From a virus (taxonomy: Duplodnaviria; Caudoviricetes): a DNA stretch of 29,919 nucleotides. A program made the translations under genes and the position numbers. Each line of letters opens with the position of its first letter. Positions within the stretch are counted from its first letter, which is position 1. The stretch covers positions 1 to 29,919 of the IMG/VR virus record IMGVR_UViG_3300033067_001424; one strand, written 5' to 3'. The notes under the pieces are model-generated. The model worked only from the letters and a program-made list of their open reading frames with translations. It was not told where the DNA came from and searched no databases. This document shows positions 1 to 8,079 of this stretch, one piece after another.

Positions 1-672
1 TTTTCTGGCACGACCTTAACCGAAATTGCAGCGCAAACAAGCAGCGCCATAACTGCCCCCGTAGGAAACCCCCGCATTGACCGTGCGGTTATTGATAAAG
101 CAACAGGTGCGCTTTCAATCGTAACAGGCACGCCAAACGCCAGCCCTGTTGCGCCCGCAATACCAAGCGGCAAAGTGCCTGTGGCGCAAATTTTGCTGCA
201 AACTAGCAGCACCACCATAACCAACAGTATGATTACTGATGAACGCGTTTTATGGGCTGTCGGGCGCGGGCTTGTGGGCGAAATGTCAATCGGGCAGTGG
301 TTGAAGGACAACGGATCTGGTGCGCTAACTTTGAACATAAATGCAACACTGCAAGATGACGGTGCAGGCGCATTAAGCACGGGTTTAACCACGGAAGCTA
401 CTATTGCCAGCGCAGCAACCTGCAACCTTGGCAGTGCCGCTTCAAACATTATCCAAATAACAGGCACAACCACAATCACCAGCTTTGGCAGTAGTGCAAA
501 TGCTGCTGACCCGCTTTATATCGTGCGTTTTGCAGCAGCTGCGACTGTCACACATAACGCAAATATTATTCTACAAGCTGCTGTCAATTTTGTGGCAACA
601 GCTGGCAGCTTCATGGTGCTAAAATACGAAGGTTCAGGCGTATGGCGTGAAATTTTCCATGAAAAAAAATAG
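1..672 (+). CDS. Tail fibre-like protein (5' truncated by the window edge)
   Basis: Frame 1 is open from base 1 (FSGTTLTEIAAQTSS...PRIDRAVID...). Ala/Thr/Gly-rich, with an ASAAT...ITGTTTITSFG...THN..IL module typical of phage tail fibres. Lies upstream of the lysis genes. Confidence 0.7.
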   Translation, partial: FSGTTLTEIAAQTSSAITAPVGNPRIDRAVIDKATGALSIVTGTPNASPVAPAIPSGKVPVAQILLQTSSTTITNSMITDERVLWAVGRGLVGEMSIGQWLKDNGSGALTLNINATLQDDGAGALSTGLTTEATIASAATCNLGSAASNIIQITGTTTITSFGSSANAADPLYIVRFAAAATVTHNANIILQAAVNFVATAGSFMVLKYEGSGVWREIFHEKK

Positions 673-1324
673 TATGGTCACAGCTGGAAGCTATACGTCT
701 GTAAATGTTACTGTTGATAAAACAGGGCGCATTACTGCAATCAGCAGTGGAACAGCAAGTAGTGGCGTTGTTAAGCGTCAAGTTTTCCCTTCTAGTGGAA
801 CATATACCCCAGACACTTACATGGTCACAGCTGACGTTGAGCTTGTTGGCGGTGGCGCACCGGGAACTAGCAACGCAGGTTCAGGAAATCCAAAAGGTGC
901 AGGCGCAGGCGGAAGTGCAGGCGGTTATTCTCGTAAATTGGTAACCCGTGCAACTGTTGGAACTTCACAAGCTGTTACAGTTGCATCTGCGAATGGAACA
1001 ACTACTTTCGGAAGTATTTTTAGTGCAACAGGTGCAGCCACAGGAACAAATGCTTCAGGCGCAACCAGTGGCGTGCCGGGCGCACCGGGTGTTGGTGTTG
1101 GAGGTGATATTAATATTCGGGGTTCTTATGGTCACATGGGGAGTATTGAAGCAAATCAATCATCGCCAGCAGCACCACTTGGCGGAAATGGTGGCGATTC
1201 ATATTTTGGCGGTGCTGGTTTAGACACGATAAGTGCACAAGCCAATACTGGGTCAGGTGGCGGTGCAAATGGCGGTGCAGGCGGTACTGGTTATTGCATA
1301 GTCACTGAATATTGCTCACAATAA
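659..1324 (+). CDS. Glycine-rich tail fibre protein or distal domain
   Basis: VTAGSYTSVNVTVDKTGRIT fibre motif, then a F.SSGTYTP...VELVGGG...GAGGSAGGY...GGTGYCIVTEY Gly-rich domain. ATG at 659 overlaps the previous stop. Confidence 0.7.
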   Translation: MKKNSMVTAGSYTSVNVTVDKTGRITAISSGTASSGVVKRQVFPSSGTYTPDTYMVTADVELVGGGAPGTSNAGSGNPKGAGAGGSAGGYSRKLVTRATVGTSQAVTVASANGTTTFGSIFSATGAATGTNASGATSGVPGAPGVGVGGDINIRGSYGHMGSIEANQSSPAAPLGGNGGDSYFGGAGLDTISAQANTGSGGGANGGAGGTGYCIVTEYCSQ

Positions 1325-1333
1325 GAGGCTTTT

Positions 1334-1624
1334 ATGGCAGCATATTCATTGATAAACCGTGAAACTGGCGAAGTGGTCAACGTGATTGAAGTTGAACCTG
1401 CTGCGATTGATTTTTGCGGGAAAAATAATAGTGACGTAACCCCATATATCCCCCCCGAAGGTTTTCTAGTTATGCAAGGGGCGCTTCCCATAAAATCTTT
1501 TTCCGGTGCAATTGCCAAAAAGAATAAAAACAAATCCGAAATGATGGAAAAAGCAATCGGGGGCGCAATAAAAGCGCGGGAAATCCTCGATAAAATAAAG
1601 CCGGGCAAAGGAAACAAAACATAG
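1334..1624 (+). CDS. Hypothetical protein, possibly tail-fibre associated
   Basis: GAGG RBS. YSLIN..TGEVVNVI N-terminus is common in small genes following tail fibres. Confidence 0.5.
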   Translation: MAAYSLINRETGEVVNVIEVEPAAIDFCGKNNSDVTPYIPPEGFLVMQGALPIKSFSGAIAKKNKNKSEMMEKAIGGAIKAREILDKIKPGKGNKT

Positions 1625-1647
1625 CCAACCCCCTTTAACGTGCTACT

Positions 1648-1676
1648 TTCGCCGCGAAAGAATGTTATGGTATAAT
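1648..1676 (+). promoter_or_regulatory. Sigma70-like promoter with extended -10
   Basis: TTCGCC-N17-TATAAT with TG at 1668-1669, ending ~35 nt before ATG 1711. Confidence 0.45.
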
Positions 1677-1710
1677 TCCCTTATGTGAAACATTTATAGG
1701 GGGATTTCTG

Positions 1711-3393
1711 ATGGCTAATAATATTACTATGTATTCTATACCTTACGCGGCTTTTATAGGTCGCAGCGGTACGCAATACCAAGCGAACAGTGCAGGGGTT
1801 ATTTTAAATGTTTTGGATATTGATAGAGATTCTCTTATTTCCTGCGGCGCAACCACTAAAAATAATAATGTTTCTATAATTCCTCCGGATCTGGTTCTTG
1901 CATCTAAACCAAGGGCTAGGGTGAACCTTGGCGCTATGGGGGATAGCCGTCAATATCTGAATTGCACAAACCAAGTTTACCCATATTATTACAAATTCAA
2001 CAATGGCGTTATGAACCAAGTGCAGTCATTAATTGGCGAACGTTACCGCTGGGGCATCGAATCACAAAGCGGGGTTTCCGGGGATACTGCGCAAGGTGTT
2101 ATGAACCGCTGCGTTGCCGATTGCACCGCTGTTATGGCGAAGCGCCCGGCGGACGAGGAATGGGATTGGACTTACTGGATTGATATTAATGATGCGATAG
2201 CTGGGATTTCGTTTTCGTCGTTTGCAACATATTTCCGCACTACCATGAAGTCTATGCTAAGTCTTGGCATACAGAATATCTTTATTATTTCAGGCCTTCC
2301 TTACCCGCAGGGGTACGGCGGGGAAACTGCGCAGCAACATGCAACAAGGATAGCTTTAATAAAAAATTACAATATCGCAATGAAAGCCTTTTGCGATATA
2401 ACACCGGGGCTATGGTTTATTGACTGTTACGCAGCATATGGCGGCGGCTCCGATGTTAGCCTTTATTCAACAGATATTCACCCCGGTTGCATAGATTCGC
2501 AAATAATTGCGCAGATTTTGGCAAATGCCATGATTGCGGCGCGTGGCGAGTTTAACGATCCGGGCGGCGTGCCAATAAGTAACAATCCTTCCCTTACTGC
2601 GGTTGAAGGCTCGTTCAATTCCAGCACTATGGATAATTGGTATTGTTCTGGTTTCAGCACAGGCGTAAAGCTAACCCGCGACACAGACGGGGCTTTAATT
2701 GTTGAAATGGATGCAACGCAATTATCAACCAGCATGTTCTTTAATATTTTTAATAATACCGGAACAATGTTGGAAACCCTCCGCGCTGGTGACGTTATCC
2801 AAGGCATATTAGATATGGAAATCTTGGAAGTTATCGGATTGCCTGCCCCGCCACAGTTCCGCATGGTTTCAAGTAGTGGCGGTTATTTTGCTTATGCAAA
2901 TTCGGTAACTGGTGGATATGGCAAAGGGTGCCTTCCACTTGGAAGACAGTGTTATATGACGCAAGAGTTTTTAGTTGATACCCTGCGCGGAGGGAAAACT
3001 TATCAACCTTATATTGATACAACAGTTATTGCGGGTACGAAGTTGAAATTCAAAGTTTATGAATGTGGCGTTCGCCTGATAAGCCGCCCGACTCGCTCCG
3101 TACAATCAAAAGTTGCCGATTACACGCCTGTTTTAAGGGATGCAGAACAATATATACGCCTTAATAAAGCAAGCGCAATTGTTGCTACTATCCCGCCAAG
3201 TTCAACTACTCCGTTCCCGGTTGGAACCGTAATAATGTTTGAACAAACTGGTGCCGGGGCAGCTTCGCTTCTTGCTGGTTCGGGTGTAACCCTACAAAAG
3301 AAATCCACGCTTAATTTTGTTGGACAATATAGCGTTGTATCGGTTCGTAAGGTTGGAACCGATGAATGGGTTTGCACGGGGGATTTATCGTAA
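1711..3393 (+). CDS. SGNH/GDSL esterase-domain tail spike or virion protein
   Basis: Block I AMGDS, block II GVSGDT, block III-like IDIND, block V TDIHP. C-terminal YTPVLRDA...PFPVGT...AGSGVT...GQYS...DEWVCTGDL domain is common at tail-fibre ends. Confidence 0.65.
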   Translation: MANNITMYSIPYAAFIGRSGTQYQANSAGVILNVLDIDRDSLISCGATTKNNNVSIIPPDLVLASKPRARVNLGAMGDSRQYLNCTNQVYPYYYKFNNGVMNQVQSLIGERYRWGIESQSGVSGDTAQGVMNRCVADCTAVMAKRPADEEWDWTYWIDINDAIAGISFSSFATYFRTTMKSMLSLGIQNIFIISGLPYPQGYGGETAQQHATRIALIKNYNIAMKAFCDITPGLWFIDCYAAYGGGSDVSLYSTDIHPGCIDSQIIAQILANAMIAARGEFNDPGGVPISNNPSLTAVEGSFNSSTMDNWYCSGFSTGVKLTRDTDGALIVEMDATQLSTSMFFNIFNNTGTMLETLRAGDVIQGILDMEILEVIGLPAPPQFRMVSSSGGYFAYANSVTGGYGKGCLPLGRQCYMTQEFLVDTLRGGKTYQPYIDTTVIAGTKLKFKVYECGVRLISRPTRSVQSKVADYTPVLRDAEQYIRLNKASAIVATIPPSSTTPFPVGTVIMFEQTGAGAASLLAGSGVTLQKKSTLNFVGQYSVVSVRKVGTDEWVCTGDLS

Positions 3394-3420
3394 ACTTTAT
3401 TAGCGTAAAGAAAACATGAC

Positions 3421-3690
3421 ATGGAAGACGTATGGGTAAGAATTCTTACTATCTTTGCAACCGGGGTAACAGGATTGGCGGTTTTTTTAATGGTGAATAT
3501 ATTTAAACAACATTCTGGTTTGTTTGAAGATGTCGAAACTATAAAAGCCGAACATTCCAGATTTCAATTATCCGTTTCGGAAAATTACGCAAAGAAAACG
3601 GATTTAAACGCGGCTAGGCTGGAAACCAATCAAAGCCTTGAACGCATACATGCCCGCCTTGATAATATTTTGGAGATAGTAAAAAAATGA
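3421..3690 (+). CDS. Putative holin/antiholin-like membrane protein
   Basis: One N-terminal TM helix plus a soluble helical tail. Overlaps the endolysin start (ATGA). Confidence 0.5.
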   Translation: MEDVWVRILTIFATGVTGLAVFLMVNIFKQHSGLFEDVETIKAEHSRFQLSVSENYAKKTDLNAARLETNQSLERIHARLDNILEIVKK

Positions 3691-4145
3691 AAAGCCCAAT
3701 GCAGTTTTCTGATAATGGTTGCGCTTGCCTTGAAGAAAGCGAAGGCAAAGTAAGCGTTCCATACAAAGACAGTGAAGGAAACCGCACTATCGGTATAGGC
3801 CACCTGATTAAAAAAGGTGAAAAGTTTTCAATGCTTACTGATAGGGAGATTTACGACCTGCTTAAAAAGGACGTTGCTATTGCGGCGGATGCGGTAAACA
3901 GACTTGTTAAGGTTCCTCTTACGCAAAACCAGTTTGACGCGCTGGTGTGCCTTGTTTTCAATATAGGCGAAGGCAATTTTGAGGGAAGCGGGTTGCTTCG
4001 GGTATTGAACCAAGGGAATTACGCGGACGCTGCCAACCGTTTTCCTAAATGGAATAAAGAGCGCATAAGCGGCGTGCTTGTCGAATCAAAGGGGTTATCT
4101 GCCCGACGCGGGCGTGAACAAGCATTGTTTCTAAAAGGGGCATAA
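3687..4145 (+). CDS. Endolysin, GH24 phage lysozyme
   Basis: EG...PYKDSEGNRTIGIGH (E-x8-D-x5-T triad), LTQNQFDALVCLVFNIG, GLSARRGREQALF. Confidence 0.93.
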   Translation: MKSPMQFSDNGCACLEESEGKVSVPYKDSEGNRTIGIGHLIKKGEKFSMLTDREIYDLLKKDVAIAADAVNRLVKVPLTQNQFDALVCLVFNIGEGNFEGSGLLRVLNQGNYADAANRFPKWNKERISGVLVESKGLSARRGREQALFLKGA

Positions 4146-4146
4146 G

Positions 4147-4569
4147 ATGGATATAACGGGGCTTGGCGCATTATTTGATTTTGGAAGCAAGGTTTTAGAA
4201 AGGATATTCCCAGATCCAAAAGACCGTCTTGATGCACAAACAAAACTTATGGAATTGCAGCAAACAGGAGAGTTGGCGGAACTAGCTGCATCTACTGATT
4301 TAGCCAAGGGGCAGATGGCTATAAACCTTGAAGAAGCGAAAAGCGATAGTTTATTTGTATCAGGGTGGAGGCCGTTTATTGGCTGGATATGCGGCGCGGC
4401 TTTCGCATACCATTTTATTCTGCAACCCCTTATTGCCTTTTGTTTTGCCGCCGCCGGGCATAGCATAGACCTTCCAGATTTTGACATGAACGCGCTTTAT
4501 ACTGTGCTTGCTGGTATGCTGGGGCTGGGAACGATGCGTTCAGTTGAAAAAATCAAGGCAAGCAAATAA
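4147..4569 (+). CDS. Holin of the 3TM 'gene-transfer release' family
   Basis: IFPDP...INLEEAKSDSLFVSGWRPFIGWICG...GMLGLGTMRSVEK family signature. Directly follows the lysozyme. Confidence 0.8.
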   Translation: MDITGLGALFDFGSKVLERIFPDPKDRLDAQTKLMELQQTGELAELAASTDLAKGQMAINLEEAKSDSLFVSGWRPFIGWICGAAFAYHFILQPLIAFCFAAAGHSIDLPDFDMNALYTVLAGMLGLGTMRSVEKIKASK

Positions 4570-4649
4570 ATTGACACTATATCAATGAAAACTGTAAATT
4601 GAATAAGGTTTTTAACCGTTTTAACAAAATATAATGAAAGGTTTTTATT

Positions 4650-4892
4650 ATGGCTAAATTTAACATTGAACAGATACGCGAAAAAATCCGTATTATTGCC
4701 GCCGGAAAGCCAACCGATGAAGCGGTTATGACTGCGTTGGATGAAATCAAAACAGATATTTCCGAAACTTCCGAAAAAATAACATCGGATATAAAAAAAT
4801 ACGATGAAGAAATAAGGAACGAAGTGTTCAAGCAGGAAACAATAATATTGCAATTGCTCGATACGTTAGGACACGCAAGGCCACCTGCCTAG
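4650..4892 (+). CDS. Hypothetical helical protein
   Basis: GAAAGG RBS, upstream TTGACA/TATAAT-like elements, 80 aa. Confidence 0.6.
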   Translation: MAKFNIEQIREKIRIIAAGKPTDEAVMTALDEIKTDISETSEKITSDIKKYDEEIRNEVFKQETIILQLLDTLGHARPPA

Positions 4893-4950
4893 CTCCTTGA
4901 CACGCTGAATAATGGGGTATAACTATTTACCACACACAAAGGGGGTTTTT

Positions 4951-5310
4951 ATGTTTGCGAAATTATTCGGCGGATTACCGGAAAATATAACTATAAATAT
5001 TTCGTCCCTTTCCGTGATTAATCACTTTAACTTTAAGATAGGAAAAGAAGCCATGAAAACATTAACAGAATTACTTGCAGAAATTGAAACAATCGCAACC
5101 GCTGGCAGCGCTTCCGAAGTACAGGCGCAGGTTGATTCATTGAAAGAAACTGTTGCCGCAAATACCGCAGCAATTGCAGAAAATGACGCAAACGACGAAG
5201 CGACCAAAGAACTGGTTGCCAATCAGCAGACCATTATAGAAACTTTAATTGATAAGCTCGCCGCAGCTCCGGCACCATCCCCGGCACCTGTTGCAGACAA
5301 TAACGCATAA
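4951..5310 (+). CDS. Hypothetical acidic coiled-coil protein
   Basis: AAGGGGG RBS before ATG 4951 (alternative start 5053). Heptad-like Ala/Glu/Asn-rich body with a PAPSPAP tail. Confidence 0.6.
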   Translation: MFAKLFGGLPENITINISSLSVINHFNFKIGKEAMKTLTELLAEIETIATAGSASEVQAQVDSLKETVAANTAAIAENDANDEATKELVANQQTIIETLIDKLAAAPAPSPAPVADNNA

Positions 5311-5349
5311 ACCACCGCAAGAGCGCCTTTTTCAGGGGGCAAAAGTAGG

Positions 5350-5385
5350 AAGGGGAATAGGGAAATACACCTATTCCCCTTTTTG
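5350..5385. terminator. Rho-independent terminator between convergent arms
   Basis: Perfect 12-bp stem AAGGGGAATAGG/CCTATTCCCCTT with an 8-nt loop. T-tract on +, A-run upstream, so possibly bidirectional. Confidence 0.85.
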
Positions 5386-5429
5386 TTTGTCAAATTCCAG
5401 CCTTTTTATGAAACAACCTTTTTTGGCGC

Positions 5430-5828
5430 TTATTCCATCAACATATAAGCCACGGTTTCACTCGCCTGCATGTTGGCAAGTTTATTGCAGGCTTCTTGCA
5501 ACGTCATTCCTTCCCGGAAAATTGACGGGGTATGGTGCGCAATGAACTTAGTGGTGTTGTCGAGGTTAGAATAAAGCCCATTAAGCACCGCAAGGACGAT
5601 TTCCGACCTCACCCCCGCCCTAACTGCGTCAACATGCTGCACAAGCAAATTTGAGGCCTTGGCGGGGTTCTTTTTCGGTTTTAATATCCCGCGCACGTCC
5701 ACCGGGTTGTTTTTATCCCCCCAGCGGGCTTTTGCCGCTTTGCTGGCAATGTCTTTTCTGGCTTCTGGGGAAAGTTTCGCAGCGCGGGCATTGCCGCCTT
5801 TGGAATTTTTGGCTTGTTTTTTTATCAT
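5430..5828 (-). CDS. Hypothetical protein with a basic GGxARAxKLSPExRxxIAxKAAxARW module
   Basis: Recognisable N-terminal motif otherwise seen on P63C-type and small basic proteins. AAGGAAG RBS. Confidence 0.7.
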   Translation of the reverse strand: MIKKQAKNSKGGNARAAKLSPEARKDIASKAAKARWGDKNNPVDVRGILKPKKNPAKASNLLVQHVDAVRAGVRSEIVLAVLNGLYSNLDNTTKFIAHHTPSIFREGMTLQEACNKLANMQASETVAYMLME

Positions 5829-5838
5829 ACGGCTTCCT

Positions 5839-6111
5839 TTAATGTATCAATCCCGGTTTTTTTATCTGCTTTAATGTTTGATCTATAAGCGTAGGGTAAC
5901 GCATCCACCGCCACAATTGATCAAATTGCTGGGGTGCGTGCCATACTTCCCGGCCAGTTGCCCGGACTTCATACATACCTGTTTGAATAATACGAACCAT
6001 TACCCCATCAGCATTTTTAACAAAGCAGTCCATAGCAACGATTTCTTCGTTGTTCGGTGTAAAACGTTCTGGATCAAACCAGATGCCCGCACCGTTGTGT
6101 TCTTTTGACAT
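5839..6111 (-). CDS. Hypothetical protein
   Basis: Packed in the leftward operon. W...P N-terminus and RWMRYP C-terminus resemble DUF551-like phage proteins. Confidence 0.6.
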   Translation of the reverse strand: MSKEHNGAGIWFDPERFTPNNEEIVAMDCFVKNADGVMVRIIQTGMYEVRATGREVWHAPQQFDQLWRWMRYPTLIDQTLKQIKKPGLIH

Positions 6112-6115
6112 TTTA

Positions 6116-6490
6116 TTATTTTACCTTTCTGATTAAATCGTTGCCGTGCTTATATTCCCTGCCATTGAAATACTGGCCGTAAGCCGTCCAACAATCCGAA
6201 TGTCGGGGTTTACCATTTTCCCAGATTTCACCATAAACTGGATAAATACTATTATTGGTATCAATGCGAAAAACCCTAGCAATAACTCCATTCCTCATTT
6301 TCCATTGGCCCGGTGTAATTTTAACTTTGGCAAACTGCACCGCATAGCCAGTAATAACGCTTGGCAGCGCAATAAATAATAAGTAATTCCAGCTTAATAT
6401 TTCCATCCCGTAAATACCCGCAATTATACCCATATAAGCTGAAAATATTATTGCTACTGTTGCGCGTTGCAATGTCATTCCGTTTTCCAT
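6116..6490 (-). CDS. Hypothetical membrane protein
   Basis: Two TM helices, then a KMRNG..ARV...YPVYG...WTAYGQY...DLI phage domain. Confidence 0.65.
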   Translation of the reverse strand: MENGMTLQRATVAIIFSAYMGIIAGIYGMEILSWNYLLFIALPSVITGYAVQFAKVKITPGQWKMRNGVIARVFRIDTNNSIYPVYGEIWENGKPRHSDCWTAYGQYFNGREYKHGNDLIRKVK

Positions 6491-6496
6491 GTTAGC

Positions 6497-6742
6497 CTAA
6501 CCTTTTAGTTGGTGTGCGCGGCGGAAATTTTGCCAATAACAACCGCGCACATATTTTAAAACCATCCCCCGACAACTACCTGTCACCGGGGGATTGTGTG
6601 TTAAATCCGCTTTATGCAGGCATCCCGTCCATGTAAGGAAGGATTGGAACATAAAGCCCTTTAACTCGGTAGTTCGGCCTATGAGGAGCCAGCACACACC
6701 GCTTGCTATATTTCCCTTCCTGTCGCAAAGGGTAAATATTCT
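6497..6742 (-). ncRNA. Candidate multi-stem structured RNA (antisense regulator)
   Basis: Several nested stems, a 6-7-nt loop/junction complementarity, G-U pairs favouring the minus strand, and a loop complementary to three early-gene leaders. Confidence 0.55.
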
Positions 6743-7984
6743 TTATTCCCCATTATCAAAACGGGCAAGGTTATCTTCGTAAGTCTGTTCGCATTGATCG
6801 TAAAATATAGGTGCGCGGGTTTTAATTTGCCCCAAGACCTTTACGTTGGCGCTATAAAATTCCAGCAAATGTTCTTTCGATTGTGCAGAATTACAGCCTT
6901 TCATAAAGTCCAGCTTCCAGCGTTCAAAGTCGGTTGCTGCGGCATTGCCAGCAACAGAGTGTAGGGGTATTGGCTTAGTTGCCATATCTTTGGCGGCATG
7001 AGTAGCTTTTGCATCAGATCCCGCCGCATCATTTGCAGGAGCCTCGCCGCCGACACTCGCCGGGGTGCTTTCTTCCTTCGGATGCCCCCCGGTTTCTGGA
7101 TTCCCCCCCGCTGTTTTGGGAGCTTTCTTTTTTATAGCGTCTTTAACCCCTTCATTACCTTTTGGCTTTTTCCCTTCGTCGTCTTTCGCTTCTTCCGGTT
7201 CAAACCAATCTTCTTTTTTGCTCATACCATCTTTAAGGCTGTTATATATTTTGGTTAAAGAAATCATTGTTGCCGGGTTGATGGTTTCAACACGCCGTTG
7301 CACCCTTTTTTCTATTTGAGCTTCGGTTATTTCAAATTCATCAAAAAAGGTTTTTACAAGGCTTTTAATGCGTTCCGGCGTTACCTGCACTTTTGTTGTA
7401 AGGGTAACATTCACTTGTTTAAGCGCTTCCTCTATCATATCCCCGTCAATCATTTTAAGGATACATGCACGCTCGCGCCGGGAAGCCTGATTTGCGCAAA
7501 GTTCGTAAATTTCGCGTTCTTCCTTCAAAGGATAGCCGCCGCTTTTTGTATCGCGCCAATGGCGAACGGTAAAAGCTACGCTTGCGCGAGTATTGTTTTC
7601 TGTATCCCATGCGAACGCTTCGACTTCGCTTATGCCAACACCGTTTACAGTGGTTCTGGCAAGTTCGCGCCAACCGCTTTGCATGTTACCCCATGCGTTC
7701 TTTGCTGCTTCTGCTAGTCGGATGCTTGGCCCGGTTATTTCGGTGCCGCCTTTGCTATAACTATATGTTGCAACGCTTGCCAATCCTTCACGGCAACAAT
7801 CATTTAATAGTTTTTCCTTGGAATATATTTTATCCCGCGGGAACTGTTTAGCCATCATAACGGCAACTTGAACTTCGCCAAGGGTGCGTTGTACAAGGGC
7901 ATTTGCGCCTGCCATCGTCATTGCATTGTTATTGCGCGGGCTGGCAACTATATTGGTTTCAATCTTTTGTAATTCGTCATTCAT
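6743..7984 (-). CDS. Putative single-strand annealing protein (partner of the exonuclease)
   Basis: Conserved phage domain AKQFPRD...GPSIRLAE...WGN...AWDTENN...RERACIL followed by a long disordered tail. Function inferred from its position after YqaJ. Confidence 0.55.
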   Translation of the reverse strand: MNDELQKIETNIVASPRNNNAMTMAGANALVQRTLGEVQVAVMMAKQFPRDKIYSKEKLLNDCCREGLASVATYSYSKGGTEITGPSIRLAEAAKNAWGNMQSGWRELARTTVNGVGISEVEAFAWDTENNTRASVAFTVRHWRDTKSGGYPLKEEREIYELCANQASRRERACILKMIDGDMIEEALKQVNVTLTTKVQVTPERIKSLVKTFFDEFEITEAQIEKRVQRRVETINPATMISLTKIYNSLKDGMSKKEDWFEPEEAKDDEGKKPKGNEGVKDAIKKKAPKTAGGNPETGGHPKEESTPASVGGEAPANDAAGSDAKATHAAKDMATKPIPLHSVAGNAAATDFERWKLDFMKGCNSAQSKEHLLEFYSANVKVLGQIKTRAPIFYDQCEQTYEDNLARFDNGE

Positions 7985-8079
7985 ATAATAATTTCCTTCT
8001 TTTTTGGTTTAAAAAAGCCGTTATTGGCAAGCGTAGGTTATCGAATCGCAAGCATTAAGCAAGCATTTGTTGCAATCCG

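Noticed and set aside
1-3393. Diversity-generating retroelement or invertible tail-fibre cassette
   Set aside because: No reverse transcriptase, invertase or TR/VR repeat pair is seen in the window.
4612-4626. CtrA box
   Set aside because: The TTAA half-sites are 5 nt apart, not the required 7.
6497-6697. 66-aa minus-strand ORF across the structured element
   Set aside because: GTG start without a clear RBS and no protein-like motif. Base-pairing explains the region better, though translation is not excluded.
6660-6705. HDV-like or hammerhead ribozyme (CTCCTC loop-like segment)
   Set aside because: I could not build the HDV P1/P1.1 pairings or find the hammerhead CUGANGA/GAAA core.
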